From assembly GCA_963664225.1 (NCBI GenBank), contig OY760937.1, forward strand, positions 1,312,001 to 1,376,000: a stretch of DNA of 64,000 bases. The letters run 5' to 3'. A program made the position numbers and the translations under genes. Below the pieces are notes generated by a model. That model was not told the origin of the DNA, did no database searches, and saw only the letters and a program-made list of their open reading frames with translations. How positions within the stretch are numbered: position 1 is the first letter of the stretch; each line of letters starts with the position of its first letter. The DNA is from Verrucomicrobiia bacterium (lineage in GTDB: Bacteria > Verrucomicrobiota > Verrucomicrobiia > Limisphaerales > UBA1319). Positions 43,995-53,142 of the stretch are shown piece after piece.

Positions 43995-44638
43995 TCAACC
44001 TTTGACACCCAGAATCATTTCCACCGGAACACACATGTGCTTCTTCAACGCCTTGCTGGATTTGAACCCCGCCTTCGCCAGTGCTTCACGCGCGTAAATG
44101 GTCTGGCAATCGAGAAAATCCGGGATGTGCTTGTGACTCCACTCGAAAACGCCAATGAGCGGGTCGTGCCCTCCCTCCTTCGACATGCCGACCATGAGAA
44201 CGCGCCCACCTGGCCGGAGCGCGCGTTTACATTCGCAAGACAATTTGATATTTCTGGCGTATCGAACAGCGCCAACATCATACTCATAAACACACCGTCC
44301 AAACTCTCATTTGGGTAAGCGAGATGGGCCGCGACCCCACACCGAAGACGGCTGCATTTAAGCAGCTTCGCTTTGGCCAGATTTAGCATCTGGTCCGACA
44401 AATCCAGGCCACACACGCGACCGTTCGTCCCGACGGCTTTGGCCAGCGCCATCAGGCAGTGTCCCGTGCCGAAACCGATTTCCAAAACACTCTCGCCGAC
44501 GTGAGCTTTCAACAATACCAACCCCGCCTTCCACATCAGGGCTTCACTGCGCTCGGACAGCACGTCATAGACTTGGCTGATTTTATTGTAGAATGCCTTA
44601 GTCTGGTCTTTCGACTGGAAGACGCGAAGGATTGCCGG
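43995..44638 (-). pseudogene. Frameshifted paralog of the 8606-9298 methyltransferase
   Basis: ILRVFQSKDQTKAFYNKI..YD.LS.RSEA, LEIGFGTGHCL, FDTPEI, then a frame change near 44240 to LRPGGR..GMSKEG..DP; in-frame TAA upstream. Confidence 0.88.
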
Positions 44639-44760
44639 TTAAGTGCCATTGTTAAAAGCGGATTTCTTGGCGCTTTGCTTTCCAAATCAGCCTCGCACCA
44701 CTTTTCTTACGCGTCCAGCGGGGTTTAGAGGAAGCTTGTTCCCCTGTTGAAACTTTGAAC

Positions 44761-44991
44761 TCAAGCGAGTTTTCGTTCCTCGAGCAATTGCCTCTCGGCA
44801 GCCAGCCAGCACTCCACATCATGCCCGGGCTGTGAACCCTGGCTCACATAACGGGAATAGGCCCTTCTGGCAACTTCGTTTGCAGACGGAACGAAATCAA
44901 TTCCGCCTTGGCTTGGGCTCGTGGCCGAGGCTGGCAGTGATTCGCTGGCCGATTTTGGGTTTTTATCCTGAGAGAATTTATTTCGCTTCAT
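44761..44991 (-). CDS. DUF2934 domain protein
   Basis: EVARRAY...G..PG.D...WL.AE..L. Confidence 0.85.
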   Translation of the reverse strand: MKRNKFSQDKNPKSASESLPASATSPSQGGIDFVPSANEVARRAYSRYVSQGSQPGHDVECWLAAERQLLEERKLA

Positions 44992-45028
44992 CCAGGGAAA
45001 GTATAGACTCTGTAACCGCTCTTCCAAT

Positions 45029-45046
45029 ATGGGGTCTTCTCCCTAC
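45029..45046. promoter_or_regulatory. Box ATGGGGTCTTCTCCCTAC heading the DUF2934-glgP-zwf-ackA run
   Basis: Matches the recurring motif; minus-strand TATACT (45005-45000) lies 23 bp away. Confidence 0.62.
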
Positions 45047-45370
45047 CCAGACTTCATGGCTTCAGTCATCCGCCAAGCCAGAAAAATAGATAACAGGTTG
45101 ATTACGAGTCCGAAAAACGCGCCGTGACCAACGCTTGGTTTGCTTCGTTGCACGGACTGGCAGTCGTCTCAAACTGCTCTATTACGGAGTCATGGTTGTG
45201 GATTTCGAGCTGCAAAGCCTCAATGAGGACCGCGACTACCAATACACCTTCGGAGGCCACCTCATTCTCAGATAATTCCACGACGTGGTCCACATTGGGA
45301 CGGCGTGGCCATTCACTGTTTCCAAACCGGACGCTGCACTGTTCAGGAATTCTATACGGCAACGCATATA

Positions 45371-46333
45371 TAGCGCTGCGATACGGCAATTTAAAAAACG
45401 GAGTGAGCAGACCGCGGATCTTCTCAGGATGCTTTCGGACATCGTCAAAAGTTTCAAATGGGCTCTCGCAAAGATCGGCGGGCTTCTCAAAGAATCGGTT
45501 GTGGGTGGCTTCCCGCCGGGTATAGTGCCAGATTCTCTCCTGCGCGTTGAGTTCGGGAGAGTATTTGGGCACCGGAAAGACTTCCAGACGATGGCGCTGC
45601 TATTTGAACCAGGACCAAACTTCGGGATGAGTATGATACGATGCTTTGTCTTGGATAAGGTAAACGCGGTGGCCGCGCCGGTAATAGGTCGGCAGGACGA
45701 CCTCTTGGACAAAGGCCAGATAGGTGACGTTTTTGAAATACTCGGTTTGGTGCCGGTAGGCGAACTCAGCGCCCTGCAGACTGACAGCGCCGAGGATCTT
45801 CTGTGCGTGGCGTTCTCCACGTGTGGGTATTTCAGGCCTACAGTTCAAGGGTGCCCACGTCTGATGCAAGGTGGGGCATTGGCGAAAGGAGGCCTCGTCC
45901 ACATAAACAATTATGGCGCCTTCGTAACGGGCGTTTTATTAAATTGGGATAAGTGTAACGAATCCACTTATTCTGCGCTTTGGGATCGGCTTGTACCGGA
46001 CGGGTGGTCGGCCGTTGCACGGAGCACCCCAGGCGATGAAGGAGTTTTCGCACGTGGCCTGGATGGTAGTCGACAGCGAACTCGGCATGTATAACGCCGG
46101 CCAGGACCGGCGAGTTCCAGACTCTGGAGTTAAATCCGTAACCCACAGGACCCCTTTCAACAATGTCATGGAAGTGCACAAGCTGACTCTGGGTCAGTTC
46201 GCAAAGACGCCCGCTGCGACGACCATCCAGCGCCCCTCAGACCAAGCATATGCCCCACCTTAAAAAAGGTGGAGGTCTTTTGCACCAGTTCCGGACTCCA
46301 TCATGCACTGCGCATTATTGAATCAAGCGGCTA
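45371..46333 (-). mobile_element. Degenerate IS630-family element
   Basis: Fragments in three frames: HTH (YHPGHVRKLLHRLG.S.QRP), DEASF and LIQDKASYH, PKYSPELN..ERIW. Imperfect ends TAGCGCTGCGAT/TAGCCGCTTGAT, each flanked by TA. Confidence 0.85.
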
Positions 46334-47117
46334 TACGCTCGGCACATTTTTGCAGGTATGTAATGCGATACGGCACCGTCTCTTCCTGCATCACCAGCGG
46401 TCCGGCGGCCGACTCACGGCTGTCTGCATCAATCATTCCTCCGACTTCGCGGCTAATGAACGGTCCCATTTGAGGCCAGGTGATCCGGTGCATCCCCACG
46501 GCGTTGATGCCTTCGGGAATCGCAACCGGATGCGAGTGGGCGACGAACTCACCGCCATCAATCACGTCCGTGACTTTGTGGATGGTCAAGACCAGGTGCT
46601 TTCGCCCATCCCGCACCATTGCAGCGATGGGGTCGGGGCCGGGATACGATGGCCAGATGTCGCCGCTATGGTGGAAGTTGAAGAAACCAAGTTCCGGGTA
46701 ACCAATGACTGCGGTCGGAATCTTTTGGCCGAAGGTCGCCATCAGGCAAAGCTCCGGCCGCCATTTTTTGAAGAACATCTCCTGGAACTCCGGCGCTTTC
46801 ACGAGACCTGTGAATACCGGCAGGCCATGCTCTTGCGCTAATCGCGGCACCAACAGTTCATCGTTGCGCGTGTGCGGATATTTCCACAACCGCACATCGG
46901 CGTGGGTGAACGGCTGCGTTGGGTCGTCGGTGGCAACCCCCACCACGACCACTCGGCTTGCCATAGGGCCAAAGAGCAGTTCTCGAAGAACATGGTAGCC
47001 GCCCATGAAGCTGCCGAAAACCGCGATGCGTGTCTTCGGTTCGAGAGCCGAGGATAGATTGCGGGGGAAGCGGAGTGGGGTGGCTCCGCTCAGGGCGGAA
47101 TATGGCAAGGCATACAT
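46323..47117 (-). CDS. Stand-alone formyltransferase-family protein (N-terminal domain only)
   Basis: ATFGQKIP, FFNFHHS (NxH), PSYPGPDP, TIHKVTDVIDGG (catalytic Asp); lacks the Fmt C-terminal domain. Confidence 0.85.
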   Translation of the reverse strand: MYALPYSALSGATPLRFPRNLSSALEPKTRIAVFGSFMGGYHVLRELLFGPMASRVVVVGVATDDPTQPFTHADVRLWKYPHTRNDELLVPRLAQEHGLPVFTGLVKAPEFQEMFFKKWRPELCLMATFGQKIPTAVIGYPELGFFNFHHSGDIWPSYPGPDPIAAMVRDGRKHLVLTIHKVTDVIDGGEFVAHSHPVAIPEGINAVGMHRITWPQMGPFISREVGGMIDADSRESAAGPLVMQEETVPYRITYLQKCAERIAA

Positions 47118-47323
47118 GGCACGCGAGCGTTGCTGCGGGCAACCCACTGCGGAAACTCAAAGGATGTGACCCGATCACACCTCCATTCGAGGCACGGTTG
47201 ATCATTTGCCGTTTTCGAAGGAGACCCGCAGCCGAAGCCGCGCAATTGCAATGAACACATTACATATCGATCTAATACGCAATATATGCAAATAGATAGT
47301 GGAATATTAATCTATGTTAGATA

Positions 47324-48319
47324 TCACACCGCAAAACGGGCCTTGTCGAGGGCCTTGAGCGTGCCAGTTTCCTGGAGCAACCGTTCAACGACGGCCACGA
47401 TGGCTTCGCCGCTGCCATCACCCCTGACCTGACAGAAATCATGCCAGTTCTGGTCGGCACTTCGCTTGAGCCGTTCCTGTTCCGCTTTGATGTCGCCCAT
47501 GGCTCCGCCTTCATACAATGGCGCTTCCGAGAGCAACCACCGAAATGTATTTTCAAGGAATCGAGTGTTCCGGGCATGGTGCAGCAGGCCAAAGGCCCCG
47601 GCTTCAAAAGCGTGCGGACCGCCAAAGAGAACATATCGGCCCCGGCCATGTCGTCCGGCGACTGCAATAGGCAACGAATACAACGAAATTTCCCGAAGAG
47701 TGCGGTTATAACTCACACAATTTCCCCCGGGCGAATAGACCAGCGCCTGCGCGTCAGCGCCGGGAATCACGGTGAAGGTCGCCATGTGGCGCCAGGTAAC
47801 GCTGTCAATCCCACTGGCGGCCCAGGACAGAGGAATCAGCTCGTGCTCGGTTGTAAAGAGGGATTGCAGCGGATGAGTCGTGCGCACCCGCTTTAGATCG
47901 ATAATCGCGTCATCGTTGAGCAGGCAGCCCAGGGGCGCGAACAATTGGCCCAGGTTGGTCTGTGTGAATGAATCCCCGAAACGGTATGCGAAAGCCAGCA
48001 GACGTCCACCCTGGCGAAGATACTCCAGAATTCGGCAAATTTCATCGGGAGTGAGCAATGACGCGGGGTCCTGTCGCCAGCATTCGCCGTCCGGGTCGTA
48101 TTTGCCGGTCGGCGGCGGGATGACCAGCAGGCGGGCGCGGGAGAGGTCCATCGGTTTGTGATTCTGGCTGGTGCAAATCCCGCCCAGGCGCTCGAACAGT
48201 GCGGTCATGCCAGCGAAGTTGGTGTGCCGTTGGCGCGAGGTGAAGCCCGTCTGGTCCCAATGCGCTTGACCATGGGTTTCATCAAACAGGATTGGGATCA
48301 GCGAAGCGTCGGCTGGCAT
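47324..48319 (-). CDS. Hypothetical protein, class I glutamine-amidotransferase-like (DUF4350/GldG-type) fold
   Basis: ILFDETHG, LLVIPPP, TPDEI..I..Y...GG.LL, G.GR.V..G, N.RF..N...WL. Confidence 0.65.
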   Translation of the reverse strand: MPADASLIPILFDETHGQAHWDQTGFTSRQRHTNFAGMTALFERLGGICTSQNHKPMDLSRARLLVIPPPTGKYDPDGECWRQDPASLLTPDEICRILEYLRQGGRLLAFAYRFGDSFTQTNLGQLFAPLGCLLNDDAIIDLKRVRTTHPLQSLFTTEHELIPLSWAASGIDSVTWRHMATFTVIPGADAQALVYSPGGNCVSYNRTLREISLYSLPIAVAGRHGRGRYVLFGGPHAFEAGAFGLLHHARNTRFLENTFRWLLSEAPLYEGGAMGDIKAEQERLKRSADQNWHDFCQVRGDGSGEAIVAVVERLLQETGTLKALDKARFAV

Positions 48320-48430
48320 GATCAGTCTCGCGCGAATGGAAACGGTAAAAATGGTGGAGAATTGTTTATAGGCACAATTCTCAAAAGCCTCGAACCTTAC
48401 AGGAAGAACCTCTTACCGAATCAGTCGCGG

Positions 48431-48724
48431 TTACACAGCGGGGGCCGGGGCAGGCTGGGTCTCACTCTCCTGGGTCTGGTTAAAGATCCAGGAATGGGCT
48501 TGATCCGCTACCTTGGCCACCTGCAACAGGTCATCGCGACCGAAGCTGTCGGTGGATTGCCACTGATCACCGTCCTTATAGAGGCGGCAAAAGGTGACGT
48601 TGAAACGAACTCCGTTTTCGGTTTCGTTTCTCCATACTGCCGCCTTGATAGCGCCCAAGCGCACTTCGTGGACGGGTTTTGTCTTGGTTTTCATGGCTGA
48701 TACGTTTGTTAACATGGATTCCAT
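48431..48724 (-). CDS. Small conserved protein, putative PC4/Whirly-like ssDNA-binding protein
   Basis: KPVHEVRLGAIKAAVW.N...FNVTF.RLYKDGDQW..TDSFGRDDL; SD AAGGA before ATG 48724; the fold is an inference. Confidence 0.7.
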   Translation of the reverse strand: MESMLTNVSAMKTKTKPVHEVRLGAIKAAVWRNETENGVRFNVTFCRLYKDGDQWQSTDSFGRDDLLQVAKVADQAHSWIFNQTQESETQPAPAPAV

Positions 48725-49208
48725 GTGTTTGTCCTTGCATAATGTGATGCCCGGCCATGGGCATCGGGATGCATTTCGATCCATACCACGTTTGAAAACC
48801 CAAAGCAACGGTACCAGCCGCATTCGGCATCGCCGATGGCTGGCCGTGTGGAGAGGCCTGAATTCATTGACTTTATTCCATGCGAATTTCCGATTCCGGT
48901 TGAAAAGAGTTGCCCTGCAGTATCCTCGTCGGCCTGTTGACTAGCCACAGCGAATTGGGAGATTCTTGAGGGACCAGGATGGTTTTCTTCAGAAAGGGTT
49001 GAACAGGTTCACGCGCTCAACGATCAGGTCTCTGCCGCCACATGGTCTTCGATTTCCTCTGGGCGTTTGGTCATTTGCTGGCCAACACATCGCAGAGGTT
49101 ATTTCCACCCGGATCCAAACTCGTGCCGCACGGCGCCCGGTTGGAAAGTGGATCCAAAATGCCTGACCGGAACTGATCCGGCCGGCGGCACGGCCGAAAG
49201 AACAGCGT

Positions 49209-50051
49209 ATGAACCATAACACAACCAACTTCAAGGCACTGGCCTTGACGGAAGACATGCTCCGCGTTCAGGCCCCAAGCATCTTTGCTTCCGGCCCGAT
49301 GCTGGGCGTAAGTCCGCGCTACACGTTCGTGCCCACGGCACGAATCATCACCGGACTGAAGGATCTCAATTGGGTCCCGGTTCAGGTGGAAGAGCAGCGC
49401 ATTCGCACCGAAGCCCGGCGCGGTTTCCAGAAGCATCAGCTTCGGTTCCGCCGCGCCGAGCAGATGGAAACGCTGGATGAGTGGAACGTGGAACTCGTCC
49501 TGCTCAACTCGCACGATGCGGGTTGCGCCTACCAGTTGCATGCCGGGATTTATCGCCGGGTGTGCAGCAATGGGCTTGTCCTGTCGGAGGGGAGCTTCGA
49601 AGCCATCCGATTCCGTCATGCGGGATTGGAACCCGATGAAGTGATCGGGGCGAGTCTGCGGGTGCTCGACTACATGCCAAAGGTTGGCGAACTGGTCGGG
49701 CAATTGCACGCGCGGACACTGGAAACGAGGGAATCGCTCCTCTTTGCGCGGTCGGCGTTGGCACTCCGGTATCCACAGTTGCAGGAAGCGCCGGTGGATG
49801 CGGAAACGCTCCTGAAGGCGCACCGCCCGGAGGACGAAGGGACCGACTTGTGGCGGACCCTCAATCGTGTGCAGGAGAACCTGATCCTGGGAAACGTATC
49901 CGATTGGCACAAGGACCGGCGCGGGAAGCTCCGCTCGATGCGCAGGCTCAGTGGCATTGACTCAAAGGTCAGTGTCAACAAGGGCCTCTGGAGTCTGGCT
50001 GAGCGCGTGGTCAAAGGGGAACCGTTGGAAGTTGAAACGGTCACAACCTAA
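49209..50051 (+). CDS. DUF932/DUF945 family plasmid/ICE protein
   Basis: APSIFA, S.RY.FVPT, FQKH..RFR, LLNSHD, R.VCSNGL, DLW...NRVQENL. Confidence 0.92.
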   Translation: MNHNTTNFKALALTEDMLRVQAPSIFASGPMLGVSPRYTFVPTARIITGLKDLNWVPVQVEEQRIRTEARRGFQKHQLRFRRAEQMETLDEWNVELVLLNSHDAGCAYQLHAGIYRRVCSNGLVLSEGSFEAIRFRHAGLEPDEVIGASLRVLDYMPKVGELVGQLHARTLETRESLLFARSALALRYPQLQEAPVDAETLLKAHRPEDEGTDLWRTLNRVQENLILGNVSDWHKDRRGKLRSMRRLSGIDSKVSVNKGLWSLAERVVKGEPLEVETVTT

Positions 50052-50365
50052 CCGCGAGGTTATTCTGAAGGTTACACGGCTTTTGAGGATTGTGCCTAAA
50101 AAACAACCCTCACCCTTTATTCTCAGATCGGCTCTGTCCTCTGGTTAAACGTAAATGCCGACACGCTGCGGCTACTCATCCAGAACCCCGCACATAACGG
50201 CCGCCATCCGCCCACTGCTCGCTAACCGCTGCGCGGCGCCTAGGGTATTCTCAGCAACATGCAAAGGCGCATGGAGTCGAGTCACGACAGGTCTGCTGGA
50301 ACGCTCCTGATGAGCTGCTGCCGGGCCATTTGCATAGCGCATTCAATCCATGAGATAAATGAATT

Positions 50366-51100
50366 ATGGACCCTGTAATCACCCAGAAATCTCTCGCGAC
50401 CGAAAAGTGGTTTGTCGAATTGCTGGCCGGCAAGGGATTCGCCAAGTCCTCGGAAAATACATTCACAAACGGAAAGGCTTCAATCCGGCTTGATGGGGCT
50501 CATTTCTTTGCCGATGCGGGTGTGGAGAATACCACCTATAAAGCGAATTTCCGCAACGCCAATCGGCAAACCGTTACTTTCATGGTGGACCAAATCTTGA
50601 AAATGCATGCGTTTCTCACCGACGAGGAATTGGCGCAGGAACGAGCCGAAAAACAAAGCGTGGATCGAGCTCTGGCCGGTATTGCCATTACCATCAAGGA
50701 TGGACCGGACACCGGCGTCGGGATGCAACTCCGGCAATTCCTCTGGTCCCTTTACAACATGCACCATGTGGTCAACCTCTGGCGATTGACGGCTGATCTC
50801 GATAGCCAGCGTTCCGCCTGGGTCGCGGAAATCTTCGCCGGTGCGCTTGGCGGATTGGTAAAGGACACGGATCTGAAACGCACTTTGCAGGCCGCCGGAG
50901 AAATGGAGCGCTGGGAAAGGGGACATTCCGGTGAAAAGGTCGCGGTCGCGCTTCAGGAAGCAGAGAATATCGTCGCCGCGTTGACACGGAAGGTTCCTCC
51001 CAGCCAGACACATACGGTGCTGGTCTCCCTGTTGGAACGTATGGCCGAGGTTCAACGGGAACTCCGCGAGGAGGATTCCCAGGTGCCAAAATCTTCATAA
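50366..51100 (+). CDS. Hypothetical mobile-element protein
   Basis: 244-aa ORF co-oriented with DUF932; LRQFLWSLYN...V.L..L...LD segment. Confidence 0.7.
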   Translation: MDPVITQKSLATEKWFVELLAGKGFAKSSENTFTNGKASIRLDGAHFFADAGVENTTYKANFRNANRQTVTFMVDQILKMHAFLTDEELAQERAEKQSVDRALAGIAITIKDGPDTGVGMQLRQFLWSLYNMHHVVNLWRLTADLDSQRSAWVAEIFAGALGGLVKDTDLKRTLQAAGEMERWERGHSGEKVAVALQEAENIVAALTRKVPPSQTHTVLVSLLERMAEVQRELREEDSQVPKSS

Positions 51101-51303
51101 GTCGTCACTCACTCCAGCAACATGCCTTTCTCCCACCAATCCGATGCGATGGTATTCACGCACTTCGCAGCCGCTCCAACGGCGATCAGGGCGAGGCGGA
51201 AATTCCTCAGGCCAACGCTCTATTGTTGGAGGATTGTAGAGCCTGCTGTCCATGATGTGGATGCCATCCCAACGCGGTCCCACGCTAACGCTTCAATTCG
51301 ACA

Positions 51304-51837
51304 ATGATCACCGGCCCTCCAGAGTGTCGCGGCACGAGTCCCCGCAGGGGTGCGGGTAGCGAGCCTGATGCGCCGCGCTTAGGAGTTCATTTTTCCTCAC
51401 AAACTCCAGAGTGGCCAACCCCGCAGTGGCTATTCGATGCCCTCGACAAAGAGTTTGGTTTCACGCTCGATCCCTGTTCGACGCATACCAATGCAAAGTG
51501 CGCGAAACACTATACGCGAGAAGACAATGGCCTGCTCAAGTCCTGGAGCGATGAGGTCGTTTTTATGAATCCGCCGTATGGCGACGCAATCTCAAGCTGG
51601 ATGGCCAAGGCCCATGGCGCGGCAATGCATGAAGGAGCAACGGTAGTTTGCCTCGTCCCGTCGCGCACGGACACGGCCTGGTGGCACCGATTCTCCATGA
51701 AGCACGAAATCCGGTTCCTACGCGGTCGGCTCAAATTCGGCGACGGGAAAAACTCTGCGCCATTTCCATCCGCCATTATCGTAATGCGCCCTGCAACGTT
51801 TGCTATCCGGGCGTATCCATCCGAACCAGGCGCGTGA
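51304..51837 (+). CDS. Phage-type DNA N6-adenine methyltransferase (Dam family)
   Basis: FSS...W.TP..LF..L..EF.F.LD.C, NPPY, LVPSRTDT.W, GRLKF, APFPS. Confidence 0.92.
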   Translation: MITGPPECRGTSPRRGAGSEPDAPRLGVHFSSQTPEWPTPQWLFDALDKEFGFTLDPCSTHTNAKCAKHYTREDNGLLKSWSDEVVFMNPPYGDAISSWMAKAHGAAMHEGATVVCLVPSRTDTAWWHRFSMKHEIRFLRGRLKFGDGKNSAPFPSAIIVMRPATFAIRAYPSEPGA

Positions 51838-52371
51838 GCGCCTCCCGCATGAATGACTTTGGATGCGCAAAACATTATGGCGACCGATACTGTAGCCTAA
51901 ACAAATGATTCGCGAAGGTCGTGTTGAGTCGGAAGTATGAATTTCTTCCTGCGGTTAATGCGAATGGTCGGGCCGGGCATGGAACAATTGATGATATAGT
52001 CCGAGGCTGCCACTTCGGGTGCCATTAATAGTTACTTACCCCGCAGTCAGGAAAAATTCCCATGCAATATCCAAATTCTTGTTTTAACGGATTATTGACG
52101 TTCAGCCCGCTTTGCCCGCCAATCTATCGAACACATAAAAATATTTATTATCAGGATTCGCGCCACAAAGGCTCCTGATTGTGTGTGGCAGTAGGAAGCG
52201 CCCAAGAAAAAGTGACGCATTTTGAATGTGACAAGACACATGTGTTGTGTATGTCATAAATCCGCATTGAATGGTTTAAAATTTCAAGCAATTAGCTTTG
52301 CAGTGAGGTCGCTTGCATGCCATGGTGCGGCATGGAGATCACCGGGATCATACGATGTCTGAAGCTGCATC

Positions 52372-53142
52372 ATGAACGAATCAAACCATAATCAGAATGC
52401 CCGTGAAGCGGATTCTGCTCAGGGGCGACACCAGTTGTTGATGATCGATGATGATCGGAAATTGTGTCGTCTGATCAAGGATTACCTTGAGCCGCTGGGT
52501 TACGATGTGCATGCGGCATATACGGGCCCGGAAGGTTTGAGGCAGGCGATTGGCGAATCCTGGCATGCCGTGATTTTGGATGTCATGTTACCGGGGCTGG
52601 ATGGTTGGGAGGTGCTCAAGCAGATTCGTGCGAAATCTAATGTTCCCGTGCTGATGCTGACCGCGAGAGGAGAATCGCCCGACCGGATCGTGGGTTTAGA
52701 GTTGGGCGCCGACGACTACCTGCCAAAGACTTTCACCACCCGCGAATTGCTTGCCCGGTTGAGGGCCGTCATTCGGCGAAGCACGATTCAGAAGCCGGTT
52801 TCTGTGGTGCAGGGGGACGAAGAGTTGGTTGTGGGTGGCTTGAGAATTATGACGGGGTCGCATGTGGCATCGCTGAAAGATCAACCGCTTCCGCTGACCC
52901 CGGTGGAATACGATCTGTTGCTGGCATTGGCGCGCGCCAAAGGACGGGTCAAAACGAGGGAAATGCTGTTGGAGGATATCCGGGATCGCCAATATGAGGC
53001 ATTTGATCGCTCCATCGATGTTCATATTTCCTCATTGCGCAAGAAGATGGGCGATGATCCCAAGACACCCCGTTATATTCGCACGGTCCGCGCGGCTGGT
53101 TACATGCTGGTCAATCCTGGTGAACCTGACTTTGAGCCATGA
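52372..53142 (+). CDS. OmpR-family response regulator (CpxR-like)
   Basis: IDDD, LDVMLP, GADDYLPK, winged-helix DRSIDVHIS.LR, IRTVR..GY. Confidence 0.95.
   Translation: MNESNHNQNAREADSAQGRHQLLMIDDDRKLCRLIKDYLEPLGYDVHAAYTGPEGLRQAIGESWHAVILDVMLPGLDGWEVLKQIRAKSNVPVLMLTARGESPDRIVGLELGADDYLPKTFTTRELLARLRAVIRRSTIQKPVSVVQGDEELVVGGLRIMTGSHVASLKDQPLPLTPVEYDLLLALARAKGRVKTREMLLEDIRDRQYEAFDRSIDVHISSLRKKMGDDPKTPRYIRTVRAAGYMLVNPGEPDFEP

Noticed and set aside
45102..45350. ORF tail left of the IS630
   Set aside because: The ORF-track call fuses a transposase C-terminal fragment to unrelated flanking sequence; no family recognised.
51840..52370. Possible restriction-enzyme partner for Dam, or an att site
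   Set aside because: Only short ORFs; no tRNA or direct repeat matching the left side of the relic was seen.
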